NCBI GenBank assembly: GCA_002269645.1
Contig: NIVC01001329.1
Coordinates: forward strand, 114,325 to 178,324
DNA: 64,000 nt
From: Macrostomum lignano
Taxonomy: Eukaryota
Reading direction: 5' to 3'
The notes under the pieces were generated by a model. It ran no database searches. It was not told the origin of the DNA and worked only from the letters and a program-made list of their open reading frames with translations. This document shows, piece after piece, positions 27,423 through 40,330 of this stretch. How positions within the stretch are numbered: the stretch's first letter is position 1; each line of letters opens with the position of its first letter. Made by a program: the position numbers and the translations under genes.

Positions 27423-30400
27423 ATGTCTTCTTCAAAGTCATTCCTAGTAGACAGTCTCGTATCGACAAGCAGCAGCGGCAGCGGCAGCAGCAAGGCCAGC
27501 CACTCCAGTTTCAATAAGAGACTGCAGCAGCAGCAGCCTCCACCGCTCCTTCCGCCGAGCACTCAAGCTGCAGCGGCCGCGGCGGCGGCGGCGGCGGCAG
27601 CTGCAGCGGGTTTTCCCCTGGACTGCCAGTCCGCTGTCCTGTTCAACCACCTGCAACTGCAGCAGCACGCCTTCAAGGCCGATCCGGCTCTTCATCACCA
27701 TCAGCAGCAGCACCAGCGGATGCTGCAGCCTGCAGGATCGCCGATGAACTTTGAGCAGCAGCGGCAGAGCGGCGGGCTTCCACATCAGCAGATGCCGCCC
27801 CTGCTGCCTTCTTGGCTCGCAGCTGCCTATCCCTACCTGCCCTTTGTTACCTTGCCGCCTCCGCTGCCGCCTCATCATCATCATCAGCAGCAGCAGCAGA
27901 TGATTCAACAACACGAAGACGTTTCGCTGTCGCCGCCTTCGCCGACTCAGCAGCAGCAGGTGGTTCAGCAGCAGCAGCAGCGGCAGCGCCAGATGGAGCT
28001 GAGTGAGCCGCCGCCAAGTCTGCTGAGAGTTCGGGACACTTTGAAGCGGCCGTTGCCGACACAGCAACAGCAGGAACAGCGGCAGTTGGACAGCTCTGCA
28101 GTTGAAGATGGTGAGCCGATTAATATTAATGATGGTTTGTGTTTGACAGGATGGGAGGGGTTTAGCGACAGGCTATCTGACAGGATGGGAGGGGTTTGGC
28201 GACAAGCTATCTGACAGGATAGGAGGGGTTTAGCGACAAGCTATCTGACAGGATGGGAGGGGTTTAGCGACAGGCTATCTGACAGGATAGGAGGGGTTTA
28301 GCGACAGGCTATCTAACAGGTTTGGAGGGGTTTGGCGACAGGCTATCTGACAGGATGGGAGGGGCTTAGCGATAGGCTATCTGACAGGATGGGAGGGGCT
28401 TAGCGACAGGCTATCTAACAGGTTTGGAGGGGTTTGGCGACAGGCTATCTGACAGGATGGGAGGGGTTTAGCGACAGGCTATCTGACAGGATGGGAGGGG
28501 TTTAGCGACAGGCTATCTGACAGGATGGGAGGGGTTTAGCGACAGGCTATCTGACAGGATGGGAGGGGTTTAGCGACAGGCTATCTGACAGGATGGGAGG
28601 GGTTTAGCGACAGGCTATCTGACAGGATGGGAGGGGTTTAGCGACAGGCTATCTGACAGGATGGGAGGGGTTTAGCGACAGGCTATCTGACAGGATGGGA
28701 GGGGTTTAGCGACAGGCTATCTGACAGGATGGGAGGGGTTTAGCGACAGGCTATCTGACAGGATGGGAGGGGTTTAGCGACAGGCTATCTGACAGGATGG
28801 GAGGGGTTTAGCGACAGGCTATCTGACAGGATGGGAGGGGTTTAGCGACAAACTAAGCCCTATACCAAAGGCACTCAGTGAAGTGATCTGACAAAGCACA
28901 GCGAGTCACATTGGTCAGACATCTCCACCACCATGAAGTGGGTTCCGCGGGCGTCTGGTTAGCGGTGAAATATTGCAACAGCGTAAGTTTAGCTTAGCAG
29001 TGGGGTAATTGGGTCACGTGACTCTGTCTGCCTTATTGTTGAAACTAAACTAACATTTTTCAGCAGTTTGCTAACTAATAAAGCTCCCTTATCATCACTG
29101 CAGTGTCGGGGTCTCGTATCACCCGCACCTACAAGTCGCAAGCGAGATACACTTGACTTGAAGCCCCATTCCAAATTTCCCAAACCAATTTTCGGGAGAA
29201 AGTCTTAGAAGTGTCTTTAGAATTGTTGTTACCAAAGGAAATTTCAAGCAATTGACACTTGAGGCTGAAAAAATCCTTAACGTATTCATGTTGGGGGGGG
29301 GGGGACGCAACACCAGTTTAGCGCACGCGGCGTCAAAAACCGTCTGGCACAATATCCCACAGCCACTTTTAAAGACATATTCAACAGCAGGCAATAAGCA
29401 TTGATGGTGGCACAAGACATGGAGCTCAAGGAATGAGGCAGGCAGGGGCAATTCATTGTCGCCTTGTATCGCAGAATCAATTAAACAAGCCAGTATATTC
29501 TGCATGCTATAGTTGAACACTTCAAGGTCGTTGAGTGCCTTCACTCAACAAGCGAGGTCACGCCTTTAATGCCTCACTTAGCGGAGCTTCTGAGCATAGC
29601 AACTACACAACAGTTCCCTCAGAGCCTCCCACTCCAGCACTCTACTCTGTTATGAGTTCTGTTATGAGAAGTAAATTACAAAGAATTCAATTAGAAAAGC
29701 ATGAATACAATTATTGTTGATTAGTTTGCCGGAGTTATTAGTTGACTAAAAGTATGCAGCCATGTAATGATTCAGTCACTCTAGTTCTAGACTGACGTGG
29801 TTCTGTTTAAACACATTGATGGGGAAAATGGCGCTTTTCCCAATAAATCAAAAATGGCACTTTTCCCAATAAATCAAAAATGGCACTTTTCCCAATAAAT
29901 CAAAAATGGCACTTTTCCCAATAAATCTAAAATGGCACTTTCCCAATAAATCAAAAATGGCACTTTTCCCAATAAATCAAAAATGGCACTTTCCCAATAA
30001 ATCAAAAATGGCACTTTTCCCAATAAATCAAAAATGGCACTTTTCCCAATAAATCAAAAATAGCACTTTTCCCAATAAATCGAATATGGCACTTTTCCCA
30101 ATAAATCGAATATGGCACTTTTCCCAATGAACCAAAAATGGCACTTTTCCCATAGTAGATAAAAATGGCACTTTTCCCAACAAATCGAATATGGCACTTT
30201 TCCCAATAAACCAAAAATGGCACTTTTCCCAATAAATCGAATATGGCACTTTTCCCAACAAACCAAAAATGGCACTTTTCCCAATAAACCAAAAATGGCA
30301 CTTTTCCCAATAAATCAAAAATGGCACTTTTCCCAACAAATCGAATATGGCACTTTTCCCAATAAACCAAAAATGGCACTTTTCCCAATAAATCGAATAT

Positions 30401-31012
30401 GGCACTTTTCCCAACAAACCAAAAATGGCACTTTTCCCAATAAACCAAAAATGGCACTTTTCCCAACAAACCGAATATGGCACTTTTCCCAACAAATCGA
30501 ATATGGCAATTTTGCAATGCTGAAATCTCTGCAAAATCGAACTTTCATTTCCAAGACTCAAATTCTAACAAAGAACCTGTGGCCATCCCCCCACTTCATC
30601 AGCAGCAACATCGGCGGCCGACACCGACCAGCCAGAGGACCGGAACTCCAAGCGGATGCGCACAGCCTTCACCAGCGAGCAGCTGCTCGCCCTGGAGCGC
30701 GAGTTCGCGGCCAACATGTACCTGTCCCGGCTGCGCCGTATCGAGATCGCTCGCTACCTGCGCCTGTCCGAGAAGCAGGTGAAAATCTGGTTTCAAAACC
30801 GCCGAGTTCGCTATAAGAAAGAGACGGCAGCCTCGGCTGGCGGCGGCGCCGGAGGGACCGCCTCATCGGCAGGATTCGAACCCGAGACCTCCTGTCGGTG
30901 CTGTTTGAAGGCTTCGACCACCACTACGACAGCAACAGCAGCAGCCTCGGAAACTGTTGAGCTGGACGTGAAAAAAGTTGAGATGGACGAAAATTTCAAG
31001 GACAATGTCTAG
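27423..31012 (+). CDS. Gsx: Gsx (Gsh/ind) ParaHox homeobox transcription factor, 2 exons
   Basis: N-terminal SFLVDSL motif. Exon 1 27423-28110 (donor GTGAGC), in-phase exon 2 30603-31012. Homeodomain [57 protein letters not shown] is Gsx-diagnostic. Confidence 0.92.
28145..28850. repeat. 34-bp intronic minisatellite, ~21 copies
   Basis: gacaggatgggaggggtttagcgacaggctatct. Confidence 0.95.
29824..30512. repeat. 26-bp intronic minisatellite
   Basis: aaaaatggcacttttcccaataaatc; the first unit reads aaaatggcgcttttccc. Confidence 0.95.
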
Positions 31013-31424
31013 CCAACTAAAATTAACAACCTCCGTCTAATATTATATTTTATATTATAAAATATGAAATCAAATAATTAGTTGCTTCTTCATGTGTGCA
31101 GCTGGCTGGTATTTTCAACAAAATATCAATTTGTTTTTTTTTAAGTCTAAGCATCTGTCCTCTCCTGTATCTTATTGTTATATATCTGTGTATTGTTTAC
31201 TTAAATGTCTGTGTAAACTTTAGTGCTATTAATCTTTTCTGATGACTCTGCGGTACACCAATGTTGTCTCTTATGCGGACTGGCTGCTTATTTATAAACC
31301 TGTGCCGACTTCTGTAATAAAAAATAAGAAAATGTTCAAAATCAAAATTTAGTGCAACTTTGTGTTTAAATCGTTTTTAATTAATCGTTTTTTCTAAGAA
31401 TGGCACAAGGTTTTAGGAATTCTG

Positions 31425-34400
31425 ATATAGGTTTGCAGGAATTCTGCGCCATAGGTTTGCAGGAATTCTGCGCCATAGGTTTCCAGGAATTCTGCGCCAT
31501 AGGTTTCCAGGAATTCTGCGCCATAGGTTTCCAGCAATGGCGCTATAGCTTTCCAGGAATTCTGCGCCATAGGTTTCCAGGAATGGCGCTATAGGTTTCC
31601 AGGAATGGCGCTATAGGTTTCCAGGAATGGCGCTATAGGTTTCCAGGAATGGCGCTATAGGTTTCCAGGAATGGCGCTATAGGTTTTCAGCAATGGCGCT
31701 CTAGGTTTCCAGGAATGGCGCTATAGGTTTCCAGGAATGGCGCTATAGGTTTCCAGGAATTCTGCTATAGGTTTCCAGGAATGGCGCTATAGGTTTCCAG
31801 GAATGGCGCTGTAGGTTTCCAGTAATGGCGCTATAGGTTTTCAGCAATGGCGCTATAGGTTTCCAGGAATGGCGCTATAGGTTTCCAGCAATGGCGCTAT
31901 AGGTTTCCAGGAATGGCGCTATAGGTTTCCAGGAATGGCGCTGTAGGTTTCCAGTAATGGCGCTATAGCTTTCCAGGAATGGCGCTATAGGTTTCCAGGA
32001 ATTCTGCGCCATAGGTTTCCAGGAATTCTGCTATAGGTTTCCAGCAATGGCGCTATAGGTTTCCAGTAATGGCGCTATAGGTTTCCAGCAATGGCGCTAT
32101 AGGTTTCCAGCAATGGCGCTATAGGTTTCCAGGAATGGCGCTATAGGTTTCCAGCAATGGCGCTATAGGTTTCCAGGAATTCTGCTATAGGTTTCCAGTA
32201 ATGGCGCTATAGGTTTTCAGCAATGGCGCTCTAGGTTTCCAGCAATGGCGCTATAGGTTTCCAGCAATGGCGCTATAGGTTTCCAGGAATGGCGCTATAG
32301 GTTTCCAGGAATTCTGCTATAGGTTTCCAGGAATGGCGCTATAGGTTTCCAGGAATGGCGCTGTAGGTTTCCAGTAATGGCGCTATAGGTTTTCAGCAAT
32401 GGCGCTCTAGGTTTCCAGCAATGGCGCTATAGGTTTCCAGGAATGGCGCTATAGGTTTCCAGGAATTCTGCTATAGGTTTCCAGGAATGGCGCTATAGGT
32501 TTCCAGGAATGGCGCTGTAGGTTTCCAGTAATGGCGCTATAGCTTTCCAGGAATGGCGCTATAGGTTTCCAGGAATTCTGCTATAGGTTTCCAGGAATTC
32601 TGCTATAGGTTTCCAGTAATGGCGCTATAGGTTTCCAGGAATTCTGCTATAGGTTTCCAGGAATTCTGCTATAGGTTTCCAGGAATTCTGCTATAGGTTT
32701 CCAGGAATTCTGCTATAGGTTTCCAGGAATGGCGCTATAGCTTTCCAGGAATGGCGCTATAGGTTTCCAGGAATGGCGCTATAGCTTTCCAGGAATGGCG
32801 CTATAGCTTTCCAGGAATGGCGCTATAGGTTTCCAGGAATGGCGCTATAGGTTTCCAGCAATGGCGCTATAGGTTTCCAGGAATGGTGCTATAGGTTTCC
32901 AGGAATGGCGCTATAAGTTTCCAGGAATGGCGCTATAGGTTTCCAGGAATGGCGCTATAGGTTTCCAGCAATGGCGCTATAGGTTTCCAGGAATGGTGCT
33001 ATAGGTTTCCAGGAATTCTGCGCCATAGGTTTCCAGGAATGGCGTTATAGCTTTCCAGGAATGGCGCTATAGGTTTTCAGCAATGGCGCTCTAGGTTTCC
33101 AGGAATGGCGCTATAGGTTTCCAGGAATGGCGCTATAGGTTTCCAGGAATGGCGCTATAGGTTTCCAGGAATGGCGTTATAGCTTTCCAGGAATGGCGCT
33201 ATAGCTTTCCAGGAATGGCGCTATAGGTTTCCAGGAATGGCGCTATAGGTTTCCAGCAATGGCGCTATAGGTTTCCAGGAATGGTGCTATAGGTTTCCAG
33301 GAATGGCGCTATAGGTTTCCAGGAATGGCGCTATAGGTTTCCAGCAATGGCGCTATAGGTTCCCTGGAATGGCGCTGTAGGTTTCCAGCAATGGCGCTAT
33401 AGGTTTCCAGGAATGGCGCTATAGGTTTTCAGCAATGGCGCTCTAGGTTTCCAGGAATGGCGCTATAGGTTTCCAGGAATGGCGCTCTAGGTTTCCAGCA
33501 ATGGCGCTATAGGTTTCCAGGAATTCTGCTATAGGTTTCCAGGAATGGCGCTATAGGTTTTCAGCAATGGCGCTCTAGGTTTCCAGGAATGGCGCTATAG
33601 GTTTCCAGGAATTCTGCTATAGGTTTCCAGGAATTCTGCTATAGGTTTCCAGGAATTCTGCTATAGGTTTCCAGGAATGGCGCTATAGGTTTCCAGGAAT
33701 GGCGCTGTAGGTTTCCAGTAATTGCGCTATAGCTTTCCAGGAATGGCGCTATAGGTTTCCAGGAATTCTGCTATAGGTTTCCAGGAATGGCGCTATAGGT
33801 TTCCAGTAATTGCGCTATAGCTTTCCAGGAATGGCGCTATAGGTTTCCAGCAATGGCGCTATAGGTTTCCAGGAATGGCGCTATAGGTTTTCAGCAATGG
33901 CGCTCTAGGTTTCCAGGAATGGCGCTATAGGTTTCCAGGAATGGCGCTATAGGTTTCCAGGAATGGCGCTATAGGTTTTCAGCAATGGCGCTCTAGGTTT
34001 CCAGGAATGGCGCTATAGGTTTCCAGGAATTCTGCTATAGGTTTCCAGGAATTCTGCTATAGGTTTCCAGGAATTCTGCTATAGGTTTTCAGGAATTCTG
34101 CTATAGGTTTCCAGGAATGGCGCTGTAGGTTTCCAGTAATTGCGCTATAGCTTTCCAGGAATGGCGCTATAGGTTTCCAGGAATTCTGCTATAGGTTTCC
34201 AGGAATGGCGCTATAGGTTTCCAGGAATGGCGCTATAGGTTTCCAGGAATGGCGCTATAGGTTTCCAGGAATGGCGCTATAGGTTTCCAGGAATGGCGCT
34301 ATAGGTTTTCAGCAATGGCGCTCTAGGTTTCCAGGAATGGCGCTATAGGTTTCCAGGAATGGCGCTATAGGTTTCCAGGAATTCTGCTATAGGTTTCCAG

Positions 34401-37400
34401 GAATGGCGCTATAGGTTTCCAGGAATGGCGCTGTAGGTTTCCAGTAATGGCGCTATAGGTTTTCAGCAATGGCGCTATAGGTTTCCAGGAATGGCGCTAT
34501 AGGTTTCCAGCAATGGCGCTATAGGTTTCCAGGAATGGCGCTATAGGTTTCCAGGAATGGCGCTGTAGGTTTCCAGTAATGGCGCTATAGCTTTCCAGGA
34601 ATGGCGCTATAGGTTTCCAGGAATTCTGCGCCATAGGTTTCCAGGAATTCTGCTATAGGTTTCCAGCAATGGCGCTATAGGTTTCCAGTAATGGCGCTAT
34701 AGGTTTCCAGCAATGGCGCTATAGGTTTCCAGCAATGGCGCTATAGGTTTCCAGGAATGGCGCTATAGGTTTCCAGCAATGGCGCTATAGGTTTCCAGGA
34801 ATTCTGCTATAGGTTTCCAGTAATGGCGCTATAGGTTTTCAGCAATGGCGCTCTAGGTTTCCAGCAATGGCGCTATAGGTTTCCAGGAATGGCGCTATAG
34901 GTTTCCAGGAATGGCGCTATAGGTTTCCAGGAATTCTGCTATAGGTTTCCAGGAATGGCGCTATAGGTTTCCAGGAATGGCGCTGTAGGTTTCCAGTAAT
35001 GGCGCTATAGGTTTTCAGCAATGGCGCTCTAGGTTTCCAGCAATGGCGCTATAGGTTTCCAGGAATGGCGCTATAGGTTTCCAGGAATTCTGCTATAGGT
35101 TTCCAGGAATGGCGCTATAGGTTTCCAGGAATGGCGCTGTAGGTTTCCAGTAATGGCGCTATAGCTTTCCAGGAATGGCGCTATAGGTTTCCAGGAATTC
35201 TGCTATAGGTTTCCAGGAATTCTGCTATAGGTTTCCAGTAATGGCGCTATAGGTTTCCAGGAATTCTGCTATAGGTTTCCAGGAATTCTGCTATAGGTTT
35301 CCAGGAATTCTGCTATAGGTTTCCAGGAATTCTGCTATAGGTTTCCAGGAATGGCGCTATAGCTTTCCAGGAATGGCGCTATAGGTTTCCAGGAATGGCG
35401 CTATAGCTTTCCAGGAATGGCGCTATAGCTTTCCAGGAATGGCGCTATAGGTTTCCAGGAATGGCGCTATAGGTTTCCAGCAATGGCGCTATAGGTTTCC
35501 AGGAATGGTGCTATAGGTTTCCAGGAATGGCGCTATAAGTTTCCAGGAATGGCGCTATAGGTTTCCAGGAATGGCGCTATAGGTTTCCAGCAATGGCGCT
35601 ATAGGTTTCCAGGAATGGTGCTATAGGTTTCCAGGAATTCTGCGCCATAGGTTTCCAGGAATGGCGTTATAGCTTTCCAGGAATGGCGCTATAGGTTTTC
35701 AGCAATGGCGCTCTAGGTTTCCAGGAATGGCGCTATAGGTTTCCAGGAATGGCGCTATAGGTTTCCAGGAATGGCGCTATAGGTTTCCAGGAATGGCGTT
35801 ATAGCTTTCCAGGAATGGCGCTATAGCTTTCCAGGAATGGCGCTATAGGTTTCCAGGAATGGCGCTATAGGTTTCCAGCAATGGCGCTATAGGTTTCCAG
35901 GAATGGTGCTATAGGTTTCCAGGAATGGCGCTATAGGTTTCCAGGAATGGCGCTATAGGTTTCCAGCAATGGCGCTATAGGTTCCCTGGAATGGCGCTGT
36001 AGGTTTCCAGCAATGGCGCTATAGGTTTCCAGGAATGGCGCTATAGGTTTTCAGCAATGGCGCTCTAGGTTTCCAGGAATGGCGCTATAGGTTTCCAGGA
36101 ATGGCGCTCTAGGTTTCCAGCAATGGCGCTATAGGTTTCCAGGAATTCTGCTATAGGTTTCCAGGAATGGCGCTATAGGTTTCCAGCAATGGCGCTCTAG
36201 GTTTCCAGGAATGGCGCTATAGGTTTCCAGGAATTCTGCTATAGGTTTCCAGGAATTCTGCTATAGGTTTCCAGGAATTCTGCTATAGGTTTCCAGGAAT
36301 GGCGCTATAGGTTTCCAGGAATGGCGCTGTAGGTTTCCAGTAATTGCGCTATAGCTTTCCAGGAATGGCGCTATAGGTTTCCAGGAATTCTGCTATAGGT
36401 TTCCAGGAATGGCGCTATAGGTTTCCAGTAATTGCGCTATAGCTTTCCAGGAATGGCGCTATAGGTTTCCAGCAATGGCGCTATAGGTTTCCAGGAATGG
36501 CGCTATAGGTTTTCAGCAATGGCGCTCTAGGTTTCCAGGAATGGCGCTATAGGTTTCCAGGAATGGCGCTATAGGTTTCCAGGAATGGCGCTATAGGTTT
36601 TCAGCAATGGCGCTCTAGGTTTCCAGGAATGGCGCTATAGGTTTCCAGGAATTCTGCTATAGGTTTCCAGGAATTCTGCTATAGGTTTCCAGGAATTCTG
36701 CTATAGGTTTTCAGGAATTCTGCTATAGGTTTCCAGGAATGGCGCTGTAGGTTTCCAGTAATTGCGCTATAGCTTTCCAGGAATGGCGCTATAGGTTTCC
36801 AGGAATTCTGCTATAGGTTTCCAGGAATGGCGCTATAGGTTTCCAGTAATTGCGCTATAGCTTTCCAGGAATGGCGCTATAGGTTTCCAGGAATGGCGCT
36901 ATAGGTTTCCAGGAATTCTGCTATAGGTTTCCAGGAATTCTGCTATAGGTTTCCAGGAATGGCGCTATAGGTTTCCAGGAATGGCGCTATAGGTTTTCAG
37001 CAATGGCGCTCTAGGTTTCCAGGAATGGCGCTATAGGTTTCCAGGAATGGCGCTATAGGTTTCCAGCAATGGCGCTATAGGTTTCCAGGAATGGTGCTAT
37101 AGGTTTCCAGCAATGGCGCTATAGGTTTCCAGCAATGGCGCTATAGGTTCCCTGGAATGGCGCTGTAGGTTTCCAGCAATGGCGCTATAGGTTTCCAGGA
37201 ATGGCGCTATAGGTTTTCAGCAATGGCGCTCTAGGTTTCCAGCAATGGCGCTATAGGTTTCCAGGAATGGCGCTATAGGTTTTCAGCAATGGCGCTCTAG
37301 GTTTCCAGGAATGGCGCTATAGGTTTCCAGGAATGGCGCTATAGCTTTCCAGGAATGACGCTATAGGTTTCCAGGAATGGCGCTATAGGTTTCCAGGAAT

Positions 37401-37807
37401 GGCGCTATAGGTTTCCAGCAATGGCGCTATAGGTTTCCAGGAATGGTGCTATAGGTTTCCAGGAATGGCGCTATAGGTTTCCAGGAATGGCGCTATAGGT
37501 TTCCAGGAATGGTGCTATAGGTTTCCAGGAATTCTGCGCCATAGGTTTCTAAGAATTCTGCGCCATAGCTTTCCAGGAATGGCGCTATAGGTTTCCAGGA
37601 ATGGCGTTAAAGCTTTCCAGGAATGGCGCTATAGGTTTTCAGCAATGGCGCTCTAGGTTTCCAGGAATGGCGCTATAGGTTTCCAGGAATGGTGCTATAG
37701 GTTTCCAGCAATGGCGCTATAGGTTTCCAGGAATGGCGCTATAGGTTTCCAGCAATGGCGCTATAGGTTCCCTGGAATGGCGCTGTAGGTTTCCAGCAAT
37801 GGCGCTA
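31425..37807. repeat. 22-bp satellite (ggaatggcgctataggtttcca) with 2622-bp higher-order repeat
   Basis: Roughly 290 units. Rare variants tccctgg (33361/35983) and taagttt (32914/35536) recur at a 2622-bp offset. Confidence 0.97.
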
Positions 37808-38394
37808 TGGTCTCCATCCAGAATCTTGGCCGTCATGTTGCTGCAAGTTATTAACGAGTCTCGCTCCCATTACTAATTTTTAGAAAGAAACTATTAACTA
37901 TTTCCAGTTTTTATGATCTTATTTTGCAGTTGGAAACAGAAATTACCTGTCATACACCTATAGGGTAAGGTTATATTTTACAGTCTAGAGAAAATTAAAT
38001 GTCAATGTTTAAAAAATTAGGGATTTGATGGTGACATTTCTGTCTGTAAAAGATTTTCTCCCAAAAATGTGTTCAACTAATCCTCCCTGATTGGGATTTT
38101 ATTGCTCCACGGAGCCCCTTGGCTTAATCCTCTTGTGCATCAGTCCTCTCGTGGGTTAGGGGGGGGGGAGGGAGCTTTCTATTGCGTAGTTGGACTCCAA
38201 CCTTAATCCCTTTTGATTCAATGGATTGGACCATGCAGTCCAAGCAGATTTTGACAGTGAAGTTACCATGGCAAGAATAAAATGTCACAGGTTGGCTGCA
38301 TGAAGATCCTTCGCGTTGGTTGGCTTTTTGACAAATTGTTGCAATTAATTGAAAGCATATAGGCGTCGGAACGTTCTAAAAAGTGGGGGGGGCG

Positions 38395-39010
38395 AGGTGG
38401 GCGGCCAGGTACCATTTGATGCCCCGGCCCCACTATAAAAGTGGGCGGCCAGGTACCATTGATGCCCCGGCCCCACTATAAAAGTGGGCGGCCAGGTACC
38501 ATTTGATGCCCCGGCCCCACTATAAAAGTGGGCGGCCAGGTACCATTTGATGCCCCGGCCCCACTATAAAAGTGGGCGGTCAGGTACCATTTGATACCCC
38601 GGCCCCACTATAAAAGTGGGCGGCCAGGTACCATTGATTCCCCCCATACTATAAAAGTGGGCGGCCAGGTACCATTGATTCCCCCCCCATACTATAAAAG
38701 TGGGCGGCCAGGTACCATTGATTCCCCCCATACTATAAAAGTGGGCGGCCAGGTACCATTGATTCCCCCCATACTATAAAAGTGGGCGGCCAGGTACCAT
38801 TGATTCCCCCCATACTATAAAAGTGGGCGGCCAGGTACCATTGATTCCCCCCATACTATAAAAGTGGGCGGCCAGGTACCATTGATTCCCCCCATACTAT
38901 AAAAGTGGGCGGCCAGGTACCATTGATTCCCCCCATACTATAAAAGTGGGGGGCCAGGTACCATTTGATGCCCCGGCCCCACTATAAAAGTGGGCGGCCA
39001 GGTACCATGG
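38395..39010 (+). repeat. 41-43-bp tandem repeat, each unit with TATAAAA and GGGCGG
   Basis: actataaaagtgggcggccaggtaccattgattccccccat, ~14-15 copies. Confidence 0.95.
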
Positions 39011-39914
39011 ATTTGGGTACCATTTTAATTTTAAAAGTGGTTTATGATTGAAAGTGACACACTCCGGTGTATCTTTAGGCGCTGGCGCTGACACACATAC
39101 CTGAATGAGCTTCTCTGGGAGCACAAAAATGAATGCGGGGAAGATGTAAGTCGCTGTGATTAATTTTTTAAAAATATGGTTGCTATGAGTCAAACAGCAA
39201 ACTGTTGTGTCAAGAAGAGCAACACGTGTGTACAGCCATTCTCCATCTCCGCAAAAAACGCCTATAAGAAGGCAAACATGATAAAATGTAAAAAACACGG
39301 TGTTTTTATCTCGGAATCTTAGCTTCAGCGAATATTTGCCGAACTCCAAAGACAGTTGCTATGATATTGATTGTTGCTAATTAAGTTCGCGGTCAAACTG
39401 AAGTTTATAGCCATCAGTTTACGTTTGGGAATATATGAGCTATATGTATTTTTTGTTAGGAAGAATCAGTTCAAAGTTTCATTCGAACAAACCCCGCCAG
39501 CACGTGTTAAGTATTTGTTATTCTATATCTTGTACACACGCACACAAAAGCCGCGAGCCATGTCTGAACTGTTTGCCATGCTGTCTCATCCCCTTTTTTT
39601 CATTGAATTTGATCGCCGTCCTGTGGGATATGGGATCTGGGGATGTGGGTATTGGGCGGTAGGTGGCGGCGCGAATTGTGGACTCCCAACTGTGAAAATT
39701 GTAGCTGTTGTGTTTGATAGAAATTTGCGAATAGTTTTGAAACAGAGAGCGGAGAGAACAGCGAAGTCGATTGTCTATGGCCCGCTAGTGGTCCAGGATC
39801 CCTATAATAGAGGTATTTGGACTGGAAACACTGCTAAACACGTGCGAAGCTTCTCTACCCGGCTCTCAGGTCGTTTGAGCCTTCACAATTAGCAATCCGG
39901 ACTGCTCAATGTTT

Positions 39915-40330
39915 GTGTTCTTCTCTCTCCTTCTCTCCTCTCTTCCTTCTCCCCTCTCTCCTTCTCTCCTCTCTCTCCTTCTCTCCTCTCTTCCTTCTCT
40001 CCTCTCTTCCTTCTCTCCTCTCTTCCTTCTCTCCTCTCTCCTTCTCCCCTCTCTTCCTTCTCTCCTCTCTTCCTTCTCTCCTCTCTTCTTTTCTCCTCTC
40101 TCCTTCTCTCCTCTCTTCCTTCTGTCCTCTCTTCCTTCTCTCTTCTCTCCTTCTCTCCTCTCTCTCCTCTCTTCCTTCTCTCCTCTCTCATCTCTTCATT
40201 CTCTCTTCTCTCCTCTCTTCTTCTCTCCTCTCTTCATTCTCTCTTCTCTCCTCTCTTCTTCTCTCCTCTCTTCTTCTCTCCTCTCTTCTTCTCTCCTCTC
40301 TTCTTTTCTCCTCTCTCCTCTTTTCTCCAA
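39915..40330. repeat. Polypyrimidine low-complexity tract
   Basis: Direct reading. Confidence 0.9.

Noticed and set aside
30574-30602. Alternative Gsx exon 2 acceptor at 30573
   Set aside because: It would put the homeodomain out of frame with exon 1 (phase 1); the acceptor at 30602 keeps the frame.
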